DNA of 64,000 nt from Octopus sinensis (taxonomy: Eukaryota). The number at the start of each line of letters is the position of its first letter. Position 1 is the stretch's first letter. The notes beneath the pieces were generated by a model, which was not told where the DNA came from, did not search any database, and saw nothing but the letters and a program-made list of their open reading frames with translations. The DNA is taken from the NCBI RefSeq assembly GCF_006345805.1, contig NW_021833291.1, positions 1-64,000 on the forward strand. The letters are read 5' to 3'. Below, one piece after another: positions 1 to 12,765 of the stretch. The position numbers and the translations under genes are program-made.

Positions 1-261
1 TCAGCAATATTTACTCTTAAATTATATTTATAATTTTTACTGTCAAATGTTGTGTCTGAGTTCTTTCATTTCTTCCCTGTCAGGATTTTTAAAGTTTATT
101 TAATCTTCTGCTTTGGATTTCTTTTCCTTTCTTTTTTTCTAAATTACCTCCTGTTTTTTGTTGGTTCTTTTTTTTTTAAACACTTTTATTTATTTTTCCC
201 CCTCATCTGATTTATACTCCATTACAGTTTCTGTTTTCATTCAGCCTGTGACTGTTTGATT

Positions 262-1717
262 GCAGTGGACACATAAGAGGTGCAGCAATGTCAAAGGAAG
301 GCTAACTAGGAAAATAGTTTTTGTCTGTGGCAGATGCTCAGGAGCAATAAACTCTGAAAATGTGCAGAGACCAACTTCTACCACGTTCCAGGGAGAAAAA
401 CTAGAAGTAGTTGATAGCTTCCGCTACCTAGGTGACCAAGTCAGTAGCGGGGGTGGGTGTGCTGAAAGTGTAACTGCTAGAGTAAGAATAGCCTGGGCAA
501 AGTTTAGAGAGCTCTTACCCCTGCTAGTGACAAAAGGCCTCTCGCTCAGAGTAAAAGGCAGATTGTATGATGCATGTGTACGTACAGCCATGCTACATGG
601 TAGTGAAACATGGGCTGTGACTGCTGAGGATATGTGTAAGCTCGCAAGAAATGAAGCCCGTATGCTCCGATGGATGTGTAATGTCAGTGTTCATAATCGA
701 CAGAGTGTAAGTACCTTGAAAGAAAAGTTGGACCTAAGAAGCATCAGTTGTGGTGTGCAAGAGAGACGTCTGCGCTGGTATGGTCATGTGATGAGAATGG
801 CTGAAGATAGTTGTGTGCAAAAGTGCCACACCCTAGCAGTTGAGGGAACCTGTGGAAGAGGTAGACCCAGGAAAACCTGGGATGAGGTGGTGAAGCACGA
901 CCTCCGAACTTTAGTTCTCACCAAGGAAATGACTAGAGACATAGACCTACGGAAGTATGCTGTGCGTGAGAAGACCCAGCAAGACTAGTGAGACCATAAC
1001 CCGTGGCCTCTACCTGGTATGTAGCCAGTCGACTTATACATACCTTTCCTTCTTGGGACACAGAACTCCACTTGTGAAGACCCGTTGAGGCAATTGAAAA
1101 TCAAAAATCAAAAAATCAAAAAATCAAATTCAAAATCAAACCAAATCAAATCAGATATCAGAAAGCAGAACCAAAATCAAAGTCGATCAACATCAATGGA
1201 AATCGCAGCTGTGATACCAGTGCCGGTGACAAGTAAGCGAACCATCCGATCGTGGCCGTTGCCAGCGCCACCCCGACTGGCCTCCATGCTGGTGGCACGT
1301 AAAAAGCACCATCCGTTCGTGGCCATTGCCAGCCTCACTTGGCCCCCGTGCCGGTAGCATGTAGCACCATCCGTTCATGGTCCTTGCCAGCCCCGTCTGG
1401 CCCCCGATCCGGTGGCACGTAAAAGCTCCATCCATTCGTGGCCATTGCCAGACTCGCCTGGCCCCCGTGTCGGTGGCACGTAAAAATCACCATCCGTCCG
1501 TGGACGTTTGCAAGCTCTATCTGGCACCTGTGCGGGTGGCACATAAAAAGCACCTACTACACTCACGGAGTGGTTGGCGTTAGGAAGGGCATCCAGCCAT
1601 AGAAACACTGCCAGATCAGACCGGGCCTGATGCAGCCTTCTGGCTTCCCAGACCCCAGTTGAACCGTCCAACCCATGCTAGCATGGAAAGCGAACGCTAA
1701 ATGACGATGATGATGAT
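262..1717 (+). mobile_element. 5'-truncated RTE-clade LINE: ORF2 C-terminal part (260-988), 3' UTR with ~62-nt tandem repeats, and (GAT)n tail
   Basis: ORF 260-988 has LEVVDSFRYLG (late RT motif), LYDACVRTAMLHGSETW, RRLRWYGHVMRM and GRGRPRKTW, typical of RTE ORF2 C-termini. It ends in gatgatgatgat at ~1703-1716. A second copy lies at 32631-33900. Confidence 0.92.
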
Positions 1718-2127
1718 ATATGTGTGGGTGTGTGTGTGTGTGAGTAAATGTATGAATATATACATACATACATATATATATATATATACATACATATATA
1801 TATGAATATATATATGTGTGTGTGAGTATATGTATGAATATTATATATATATATATATCATGTATATATATGCATATATATGTATGAATAGATATATATG
1901 CATATATATACACATGTATATATATGCAGGAATATATATATGTATGAATATATATATACACATACATATATGTATATATATATATACACACACACACACA
2001 TATATATATGTATACACACACACATATATATGTATACACACACACACATATATATATATATATACACACACACACATATATATATGTATACACACACACA
2101 TATATATGTATACACACACACACACAG

Positions 2128-2158
<31 letters not shown>

Positions 2159-2194
2159 TATATATATATGTATACACACACACACATGTATATA

Positions 2195-2312
2195 CGAGCA
2201 AAACACCCCCTCCCCGCCCAATGGACGGTGCTGAGTTGTCAAACATTTAAACCAAATTTTCTCAAAACAACTTGTCCGACAGTCCCATAGGCCACCCCTT
2301 TGAGAAGCACTG
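2195..2312. mobile_element. Probable right end of a hAT-type MITE (duplicated at ~12135-12262)
   Basis: Ends in tttgagaagcactg, the reverse complement of a CAGTGCTTCTCAAA-type hAT terminus. No left end found. Confidence 0.35.
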
Positions 2313-2812
2313 ATTTAACCTAAATTTGAGACACCAGCAAAAGAAGAAATAAAGATAGACTTTTTTTCTATTCCAAAGAAAAACGATTTTATTCACCCAA
2401 ATATGCAACCGAAGAGTTTAAAGTACTAGAAATGATAAGTCTGTAGACTGGGAGAACACAAACATGGAAAATCATTTATTAACAAGAAAATAATATTTTC
2501 TTCCTTGAATAAAAAGCAATCTGTGTTTTCTTTTCATTAAAAAATAATTAAGCATGCCTTTATTTCAATAAAACTTTTGGTTTTGTTAAACGAAATTAAG
2601 GCAAAAAAAAAAAAAAGACTTCTTCAGAAACAAAATAGTTTTTCCTTCCTTCATGCCAAGTTTGGAGAAAATATCTCTTTTGCATCTTACGTTTTTGGTC
2701 TCTTAAATATTCTGCATTTTGTGGCATTATTTCAAGCCAGCCGGCTTTTTTGCGCAAACTGCACGTGCAATTTTCTCGCGTATGCGTAGTATCGATCGCA
2801 ACAGCTGATGTA

Positions 2813-3009
2813 CTAGCACGTACAAATGCACGTTCCCACGGATTTATCGATCACATTCTCACCTGGAATCGATTTTTGTAATTTTTTTAAGAGTGATACA
2901 CGCCCTGATACCATTGGTATCTACATATCAAATTTGAGCGCAATCGGATGGAGGATGCCCGAGATCCTAGAAGACACACAGACAGACAGAACGGATTTTA
3001 TAAAAGAGA
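2813..3009 (-). mobile_element. Non-autonomous Helitron (~197 bp)
   Basis: On the - strand it starts with TC, has a (CTGT)n tract, and ends with hairpin acgtgca-ttt-gtacgt followed by CTAG. It is inserted in an A|T target. Confidence 0.75.
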
Positions 3010-3582
3010 TGTATATATATATATTTAATAACGAACCATGTAATTCACACTCTGGAAAATTTATTTCTGTAAAATGTTGGGAGTGGGTACAATTTCCAAT
3101 GCTTCTGCCTCACCCCACCCCGTTTTGCAGACCCAAAAAGGGTTTTGTAGCATAATAGGTCACGGGAATTCATCCAACAAAAACCAAAAATAATAATTTC
3201 CAATGATTTGGGAATGAGGTGGGAGTGCGTCCCCGTCGTGGCACCCTTTTCTTCTGAACCATAATAAGTGATTTCCAGCATATTTGGAGGTCAGGGTACT
3301 TCATTCCATGCAAAAAAAATTCGAGTTTTTTTCTTTCTTGGTGAAAATCGTGCGTGTGTTAATCTGAAAGTTTACCGAGGACGACACCCCCCTCCCCACC
3401 ACTGCTAACAAGATATTGTATATAAAGGGTGCAGTGTAGCAGCGATAACCCACTGGTGGAGAATCTGCCTTGGGTTAAACTAGTAGTAACCTTCAGCAGC
3501 CACTTTGATGTGCTGACTCACTTTACTTTGTGAGATTTTACAAACTACACACACACACACACACACACACACACTATAACGG

Positions 3583-3616
<34 letters not shown>

Positions 3617-3623
3617 CTATCTG

Positions 3624-3654
<31 letters not shown>

Positions 3655-4418
3655 GTCTCTCTCTCTCTCTCTCTATTTATTATGTAATGAAAGAAAGGAC
3701 ATGACCATCATGAAATACAACAATGTCTCTTTCAACACGCAACTTCACATGAAGAATCCGGCAAAACAAATGCATAAAAGTATGCCTGTGTCTGTGTGTA
3801 TCTTTTATCTTTAATGTGTTTCAGACATTAGACTGTGGCCATGCTGGAGCAACACCTTGAAGAATTTCTAGTCGAAGAATTGAACCCAGTACATCTTTGT
3901 GTTAAGCCTTGTATTTATTCCATCGATCCCTCCATATAGCACCTTCTTTTTCACTCGCTCATCCTCTCTCTCTCTCTCTCTATTTCTAACAAACTGAGTC
4001 ACAATGCAAATATTTCCTTCAGGCATTACACAGTATAATGTGTGATTTAAAGGGATTTGACTGCTATTTCTGCAAGAGAAAATATCGATAACAACTATTT
4101 CACAGATATACAAGAAGTGACTCCCAGACCTCAAAAAGAATTATAGTTCCTCATCCACGCCAGAAATTTTAAGGGGACGGGTTAAATCGACATTTACCGA
4201 AAGTGGTCTAGTCACCAGATAGGGGTCCTGCATGGCCTCATTAGACACACATAAGAGAGTACGCTGTAATTAATTGGTAATTCCAACGAGCCTACTTTCA
4301 TTGCAGATAATCCCCTCAGATATTACACAGTATGATGTGTGATTTCAGGAGATTTGACTGCTATTTCTAGAAAGAGATGTATTATATATATTATTGTTGC
4401 TATGGTGCGTGTGTTTGT

Positions 4419-4462
<44 letters not shown>

Positions 4463-6066
4463 CAGTGGGGAAATTGGTAGAATCGTTGCCATGCTGGAGG
4501 AAATGCTTAATCGCATTTTGTATAGCTTCATGTTGTGAGTTCAAGTTCTGCCTCAGTTGATTTATCCATTTCATCGTTTCAGGGTCAATAAATTAAGTAC
4601 CAGTCAAATACTAAGGATGAAGTAATTGATTAGTTGCCCACAGTAATTGCAGGCCTTGTGCTAATAGTAAAAAGTGAATTAGAGAGAGAGGGGTAGATAG
4701 ATCTGTTATAGTATGTGTGTGTATAAGCCGATGAGGTGACAGAATCGTTCACACGCAGGGTCGTTGGAGTCAATTAGTTGCCTCTATTAGAATTCCAGGC
4801 CTTGTTTTCTTTAGACAAAGAATGATCACATATGTGTATGGTAGAAAGCGGAAGTCTCCATGGGTGCCCTGGGACTGAATGTCGATGTGGGTGAAGATTA
4901 CAAGAAAAATTTCTGCTCCCAAATTCTGAGAAGAAAAGAGAGTAACAGACAAATGGCTGTGAGATTTGGCTGTTATTTCTTGCAGCAGGTCTACTGTACA
5001 TTAAGCATTGATACGTTATATATTTAGATCTTGTTTTTTCTGCATCCTTCTCTCGTTTTCTGTGTCCATCTTTGCATATATTTTTGCTAAACTCTTGCTG
5101 TTGTTTCTAGCATATGAAATGTCTCAGTTTCATGGACCTGTTGTATTGGATTTGTGTCGTGTGACAAATAGGTGTACAATTTATAAACTGCAATTAATTT
5201 CAGAAGAACAGTAGATTGGAGGGGCATTTAGCTGCTATTTCAAACAACTCTAGCTATCATGTACACTTCAGCTTTCATCAGCTAATATATAAATATGTAT
5301 GGAGTTAGAAGAGACGGTATGATGTTGTTTCAACGTAGATTTGGCTGCTATATCTAGCAGCTCTGGCATTCGTTTGCATTTTACACATGATTAATTTAAT
5401 TTTCTCATTAAATTAAACTTTAATTTGCATTTAAGTATTACAGTGAAATTAATACAACAACCAAAACTAGTTACAAACACACACTTACATATGCTAGAAA
5501 CAGCAGCTATATAGAAGTATTTCATGTTTCTTTTTACACAGTTTCCTTTCCAAAAACGTGTGTCTACGAAAAGTTTGTGCTTCAGTAGAAGAGACTGAGT
5601 GAATATGTATAGGGGATGGGGGTCGGTTTTCTGAAATAAAATCTGTGAGACTGGTGCCCCTAAATCAGCATAAGCAACAAGAGTATGGATGTATTCGGCA
5701 GAGGAAGGAATGGAAGCCACATTTAGGAGAATATCTTTGCATCGTTTAGGAGTGTGTGAGGGAAGACGACTGGGAACAAACGAATGGATTGATATCTATG
5801 TATATACATTTGTACTTATATATTATATATCTCCCTCCATCTAACTATACAACATGCATTCACATACAGGTGTGGCTGTGTGGTAAGAAGCTTGTTTCCC
5901 AACTACACACTCGGGGGTTCAGTCCCACTGTATGACAACTTGGACAAGTGTTTTCTACTACAGCATCTGGCCAACCAAAGCCTTGTGGGTAGAATTTGGT
6001 TGGCGGAAACTAAAAGAAGCCCATCGTATATTTATACCCATACATACTATATATATATATATGTAT

Positions 6067-6117
<51 letters not shown>

Positions 6118-6120
6118 TAT

Positions 6121-6175
<55 letters not shown>

Positions 6176-6205
6176 TATATACATATATATATACAGAGAG
6201 AGAGA

Positions 6206-6416
6206 GGTGAGCTGGCAGAATTGTTAGTGCACTGGACAAAGTACTTAGCGGTGTTTCACCTGTCACTATATTCTGAGTTCAAATTTCGTCAGGGTTAACT
6301 TTGCATTTCAACCTTTCAGGGTCAATAAATGAAGTACCAGTGAAACATTGGAGTCGATCTTATCAACTCGACACCCCCCCGCAAAACTTTCAGGCCTCGT
6401 GCCTATAGTACAATAG
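6206..6416 (+). mobile_element. tRNA-derived SINE, family 2 (GGTGAGCTGGCAGAA head); duplicate at 17558-17766
   Basis: A-box-like gagctggcagaa and B-box-like gagttcaaatt. Homologues lie at ~4470-4675, 15770-15975, 29598-29810, 30110-30300, 47620-47830 (+) and ~54600-54820, 55150-55550 (-). Confidence 0.75.
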
Positions 6417-6652
6417 ATATATATATATATGTGTGAGTGTATATATCTGTGTGTGTGTATATATATATATATATATAATATATATTATATATATATTCAT
6501 GTGTGTATATCTGAACCCCACCCCACATAACCATCACTTGACAACCTATGTTGGTCTGTTTACAACCCTTTAAGTTAGTTTGGCAAAAGAGACTGATAGA
6601 ATAAGTCCTGGGCTTATGAAGAATAAATCCTGGGGTCGATTTGTTTTAGATG

Positions 6653-6836
6653 CAGGGTTTCCCATCCAGGGGTGCACACACCACTTGGGGGTGCGAGCAG
6701 GGCTGGATTTATATGGGGTCAAAGTCGGCAATTGCTCCGGGCACTTTTATTCTTATATAAACTATTACTTTAAGGGGTGTGAGAACATATTAAAGGTTTT
6801 TAAGGGTGCAGGGCATAAAAAAGGTTGGGAACCTCT
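6653..6836. mobile_element. hAT-type MITE (copy at 18090-18273)
   Basis: Imperfect terminal inverted repeats cagggtttccca / ttgggaacctct (ttgggaacccct in the second copy). No clear TSD. Confidence 0.6.
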
Positions 6837-8259
6837 TCGATAGATAAACAGACAGATGTGAGATTTGGCTGCTATTTCTAGCAGTAACTCTGGCATCCAT
6901 TAAGCATTGAAACATTCTATATTTAAATGTCTTTTCTTTCTGCCTCCCTCTCAGTATTTTCTGTATCCTTCTTCGCATATATTTTTGATCAAGTTTTGCT
7001 GTTGTTTCTAGCATAGGAAACGTCTCAGTTTAATGGACCCTTTGTATTTGTCTTGTTTTGCGTGACAAATAGGTGTAGAATTTATAGACTGAAGTTAATT
7101 TCAGAACTACAGCAGATTGGAGGGACATTTGGCTGCTATTTCAAACAAATCTAGCTATCATTTTCATTGGCTTCAATTTTTATCGGCTCATATATAAATA
7201 TGGATGGAGTTACGTGAGGCAGTATGATGCTGTTTCGACGTAGATTTGGCTGCTATTTCTAGCAGCCCTTGCTTTCATTTACTTCTTATACATCATGAAT
7301 TTCGTTTTCTTTTCTAAATTAGACTTCATTTTCCATTTAATTATTCCAAATAAATTAATACAAAACTGGAAAACCATATAAGACAAATAGATAGATAGAC
7401 AGCTGTGATTCAGTGAGTTTTGACTGCTATTTCTAGCAGCAAGTCTATAAAATAGTTACAAATGCACAATTAAATACAAGTTGAAGCTAGAAATAACAGT
7501 TAAAGGAATGTATCACATATTTTTTTATAAAGTCTCCTTTCCAAAGCTTTGTGCCTAGGTTTAGTTTGTTGTTTGAGTAGAAGGGACGGAGGGAATATGT
7601 TTGGGGTCGATTTTCTGAAATAAAATCCTTGAGACTGGTGCCCCAGAATTGACAGAAACAACAAGACGAGTAAAATCGGCAGAGGAAGGAATGGAACCAA
7701 CATGTTGGAGTATACCTTGGTGTCGTTTAGGAATGTGTGTGGGAAGACAATCGGGAAGAAACGAGTCGACACAGGTACCAGTAATGCAAACTGGCATCGG
7801 CCAGGCTCTGTCATAAGAAGTTTGCTTCCCAACCACATGTTTCCAAGTTCAATCCTACTGTGTGGCACCTTAGGCAAGTGTCTTTTAAATGACCCTTAAG
7901 CCAACCAAAGCCTTGTGAGTGGATCTGCTAGATGGAAACTGAAAGAAGCCCATCATATATGTATGTATGTATATCTATTTGTATGTGTGTATATATATAT
8001 ATACATATACATACATATATATATATATACATATTCATTTGTATGTGTCTACCCTACACCACACATCCCCATCGTATGACAACCGATGTTGGTCTGTTTA
8101 TGTCCCTGTGACTTTGATTTGACAAAAGAAACTGATAGAATAAGTACTAAACTTACAAAGATTTGTTTGACAGAAACCCAGTAAGGTGGTGCTCCAGCAG
8201 GGCCACAGTGAAATAACTGAAACAAATAAAAGAATAAATAAATGTACAAGAATAAAAGA

Positions 8260-8300
<41 letters not shown>

Positions 8301-9276
8301 GAGACAAACAGACAGACAGACAAATAGATAGACAGACAGCTGTGATTCAGTGAGTTTTGGCTGCTATTTCTAGCAAGTACATTTAACATTGATACATTAT
8401 ATATTTCGATCTTTTTGGGTTTTTGCTTTCCTCCCAGTTTTTTCTCTGTCCGTCTTTGTATATATTTTTGCTAAACACTTGCTGTTGTTTCTAGCATATG
8501 AAATGACACAGTTTAATGGACCTGTTGTATTGGATTTGTTTTGCATGACAAACAGGCGTAGAATTTTAAACTGTAGCTAATTTCAGAAGTACAGTGGATT
8601 GGAGGGGCACTTGGCTGCTATTTCAAGCAACTCTAGCTATATAACTATGTATGGAGTTACGTGAGACAATATGGGGCTGTTTTCTCTGTAAATTTGGCTG
8701 CTATTACTAGCAGCTCTTGCATTCAGTTGCATTTTATATGTCATGCTTTTAATTATATTTTTAAATTAGGCATTAATTTGCATTTAATTATTAAAATGAA
8801 ATTAATACAACAAAAAACTAGTTACAGACACAAACTTAAATACAAAGTTTGCTAGAAACAACAGTTATATGAATGCATTGCATATTTTCTCACAAAGGGT
8901 CCCTTCCCAAAATATATGTCTAGATTTGGTTTGTGCTTCAGTACAAGAGACTAACTGAATACGTATGGGGTGGATTTCTAAAATAAAATCTGTGAGACTG
9001 ATGCCCCCAAATCAACATAACGAGACTACGAATATAATCGGCAGAGAAGGAATGGAACCCGCATGTCAGAGTATATCTTGTCATAGTTTACGAATGTATT
9101 TGGGAAGATGACTGGGAGCATACGAATGGATATATATATATATATACATCCATCATTCTAGCTATACAACATACATTTACATATATATATGTTTATATAT
9201 CAGGGCATTACCATACATAAATGCTTCACACTACGAGGGACTATTAAAGTCAAACTACCATAATAAACACATTATA

Positions 9277-9337
<61 letters not shown>

Positions 9338-9497
9338 GTTGTGTGCTCCACAAATGTATAAGCACAGGTGTTCCTGTGTGGTAAGAAGTTCTGTGTTCAG
9401 TCCTACTGCATGGCACCTAGGGCAATTCTCTTCTATTTTGACCTTGGGCCTTGTAAGTGGACCTTGTCAGATGGAAACTGAAGTGAGCCCATCAGAC

Positions 9498-9586
<89 letters not shown>

Positions 9587-9620
9587 GATAGATAGATAGA
9601 GATAGATAGATAGATAGATA

Positions 9621-9853
9621 TATTACGGAGATGTACTCGCATAGCAAGTAATTTGATCTGAGATCGTGTGCTGAAAGGAAAACAATTGCAGCGTGGAAGG
9701 TGTTTATAAGCCATTTAAGAAACACACAAAAGCCGTTCGATTCACTTCAACATTTAAGTTTAATTTGTCAAAATATTTTCGTCGCTTTAAGACCGCGACC
9801 TCTTCACTGACCAAGTCCGTGCTGCATCTGAGAAAGTAACAGTTAGTTCGTCA
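9621..9853 (-). mobile_element. Penelope-like pseudo-LTR fragment, inverted relative to the adjacent PLE ORF
   Basis: Homologous to 57585-57881, contains a hammerhead-like fold, and lies 0.8 kb from a PLE RT ORF. Confidence 0.65.
9764..9814 (-). ncRNA. Degenerate minimal type I hammerhead ribozyme (core GUGAAGA, G3/G8 mismatch; probably inactive)
   Basis: The - strand reads ttggtca GTGAAGA g gtcgc-ggtcttaaa-gcgac GAAA atat T T tgacaaa. Stems I and II pair and stem III is the palindrome aatatt. Confidence 0.55.
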
Positions 9854-10700
9854 TATATATGTACGTATGTATGCGTGTATGTGTATACATGTGTGTATGT
9901 ATGTACGTATGCATGTACGTACATACGCCTGTGTATGCATGTATGTATGTATGTATGTATGTATGTATGTATATATGTATGTGTGTGTATATGCACGCAC
10001 ACACACTCTATAAAACATAAAGCTATAAACCTGTAGCGATGGATGGATGTAGAGTGACCACTCATCACAAAGCTATCAAATTTCAACTTCCTCCGGGCCG
10101 AAGCTAGAAAGTGAATTTATGACGCTTACTCCCAAAACTATACCCTAAAATCCATTATCAGATTTTTATCTCTATATCACAGAACTATTGTTTTACTATT
10201 GTGCGTATGTATGTATGTATGTGCGTATGTATGTATGTATGTATGTATGTATGTATGTATGTGTGTATGTACATACGTACGCATGTGCGTATGTATGTAT
10301 ACGCGCTTGTATGCCTGTGCCCATGTATGTGTGTGCGTACATGTACGTGTGTATGCCCATACGTAGGTATGTATGTATGTTTGTATTCATGTGCTACGTA
10401 TGTATGTGAGTGTCTAGGAGAATGGGCAGACGTGTCTGTGAGAGTGTGTACATGTGTATGTGTATATGAACGTATGTCCGTGTACCGGCATGTGTCCGTC
10501 CAAGTTGTGTACATGACTGTTACTTTGCTGAAGGTTGTATACATATTCACATATATGTTTGTATAGACGCACACATATATATATATATATATGTGTGGGT
10601 GTGTGTTTGTTCCTCTCATCATCGTCTAACCGTGAATGGATACAACGCCTAAGTGCAACTGTACGTATCAAACAACGTCCGCTCATACCGTTGTATATAA

Positions 10701-12025
10701 CTGCACATACGCATTGCAACCTGTACCAATGAATACCTGTCGCGCAATAACCTTCTATATGCTTGTCCCACCCGTAACAAACGCGGTAGACCACCTACCA
10801 TTACCTCAGCTTACAGGAAGACTCACTGTGAGCGCTGGCAGGGATGGACAAAGCCGGACTACCCACCTTCAAGTGCACACGATATTAGAACCACCATCGC
10901 ACATGCTATCGGTGTCAGCCTGAGATTTACGCTAAAAACACATATTTTTAAACTTGACAACAAACTGTATAAGCAAACGAAAGGCGGTGCTATTGGAGTG
11001 GGGATCGCCGGTGACGTTGCTAACCTCTTCATGGTATGGTGGGACAAGCGTTTTAAACAGTGCCTAGCAAACCGTAACATCCACTTGGCTATGTACTCTC
11101 GTTACGTCGACGACATTAACCTTGTTGTGAAATATAATACAGACACAGTTATGGGCCCTCTACCAAGTGAAGAACAGGTGATGACATCTATACAACACAT
11201 AGCTGACTCTATCCACAGCAGTATAAAACTTACCATAGACTACCCCTCTAAACACCCCAGTAAACGATTACCCGTCCTAGATACTGAGCTATGGATGGAA
11301 GATGCTATGGCTAATGGTACCATTAAACCCTGTATACTCCACTCACACTATCAGAAACCGATGGCTAATCCACTAGTAATCCGTAGTGACTCAGCTATGT
11401 CGGATACTGCCAAACTCAACATCCTAGTGGCAGACTTAGTTAGAGTAATGAGGAATGTATCACCACTATGCCAACCACAAGAACGACAACAACACATCCA
11501 GCACTACATATTCCGAATGCAACGCTCCGGATACACACAAGACGATAGAGTCAGGGTGTACAAAGGAGCGAAAGCTAGATTCGAACGCATTCTAAGGAAC
11601 GACGAAAACGGTATATGCCCCCTGTACCGCAACAAGTTCTGGAATAGGTTAGAGAGGGACACCAACAAAAAGATGAGAAACGTTACTTGGTACGATAACA
11701 GGAGATTTCACGGAGTGATGTTCGTTGACGCCACACCTAAGAACGAGCTAAGTAAGGCATTCAAGAAAGTCCTGCGCACTACGGGCCTAAAAGTTAAAGT
11801 TGTAGAAAAGACAGGTAGGACTATCAAATCGGCATTATGCAGATCATATCCATTTGATAGAATCACCTGTCAAAGTAATTGTGCAGTATGTTCGACAAAT
11901 CCACATGTAAATTGTAAAACCAAGGGCACTGTATACCAGATTAAGTGCCAGGAGGGAGCTTGCGCGACTAACCCAGAGTCATACATAGGTGAGACTTCTA
12001 GAAGCATCAATGATAGGTTCAATGA
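10701..12025 (+). mobile_element. Penelope-like element ORF fragment: reverse transcriptase plus N-terminal half of a GIY-YIG endonuclease
   Basis: The frame of track ORF 10998-12185 is open from 10701. Motifs are LYKQTKGGAIG, RYVDD (11100-11114), LPVLD, SHYQKP, then VYQIKC...[10 protein letters not shown] (11931-12020). It is truncated at ~12025, and the rest of the ORF is microsatellite. Confidence 0.92.
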
Positions 12026-12765
12026 TATATGCAGGAATATATATGTATGCATATATATATATATATATACATATATATATGTATATATACATACACACAT
12101 ATATATATGTATACAAACACACACACACACATATATACGAACAAAACGCCCTCCCCCCCTCTCCCCGTCCAATGGACGGTGCTGAGTTGTCAAACATTTA
12201 AACCCAATTTCCTCAAAACAACTTGTCCGACAGTCCCATAGGCCACCCCTTTGAGAAGCACTGATTTAACCTAAATTTGAGACACCAGCAAAAGAAGAAA
12301 TAAAGATAGACTTTTTTTCTATTCCAAAGAAAAACGATTTTATTCACCCAAATATGCAACCGAAGAGTTTAAAGTACCAGAAATTATAAGTCTGTAGACT
12401 GGGAGAACACAAACATGGAAAATCATTTATTAACAAGAAAATAATATTTTCTTCCTTGAATAAAAAGCAATCTGTGTTTTCTTTTCATTAAAAAATAATT
12501 AAGCATGCCTTTATTTCAATAAAATTTTTGGTTTTGTTAAACGAAATTAAGGCAAAAAAAAAAAGAAAAGAGTTCTTCAGAAACAAAATAGTTTTTCCTT
12601 CCTTCATGCCAAGTTTGGAGAAAATATCTCTTTTGCATCTTACGTTTTTGGTCTCTTAAATATTCTGCATTTTGTGGCATTATTTCAAGCCAGCCGGCTT
12701 TATTGCGCAAACTGCACGTGCAATTTTCTCGCGTACGCATAGTATCGATCGCAACATCTGATGTA

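Larger units (their letters stand above)
4955..9131 (+). repeat. Three diverged ~0.8-0.9 kb tandem units (4955-5790, 6855-7780, 8338-9131) separated by SINE/MITE insertions
   Basis: Each unit has the same order of blocks: gatttggctgctatttctagc, ttgctgttgtttctagcat, tttaatggacc, ggagttacgtgag, aaataaaatc..tgagactg, cggcagaggaaggaatggaa. Confidence 0.85.
1920..9490 (+). repeat. Tandem segmental duplication, copy A
   Basis: Collinear, near-identical to 12025-20945 (e.g. 2200-3000 vs 12140-12990; 3160-9490 vs 14455-20945), including shared SINE and MITE insertions. Confidence 0.95.

Noticed and set aside
1563-2290. Long ORFs rich in YI/CV/TH/SL dipeptides (also 5880-6266, 9276-10622, 17245-17680, 22847-23224, 43674-44235 and others)
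   Set aside because: They are translations of (TA)n, (CA)n, (TATG)n, (GA)n and (TCTA)n microsatellites, which lack stops in some frames.
5225-5285. - strand CTGATGA...GAAA (duplicated at ~16590-16650)
   Set aside because: Stem II does not close next to GAAA, and the motif is not conserved in the paralogous units.
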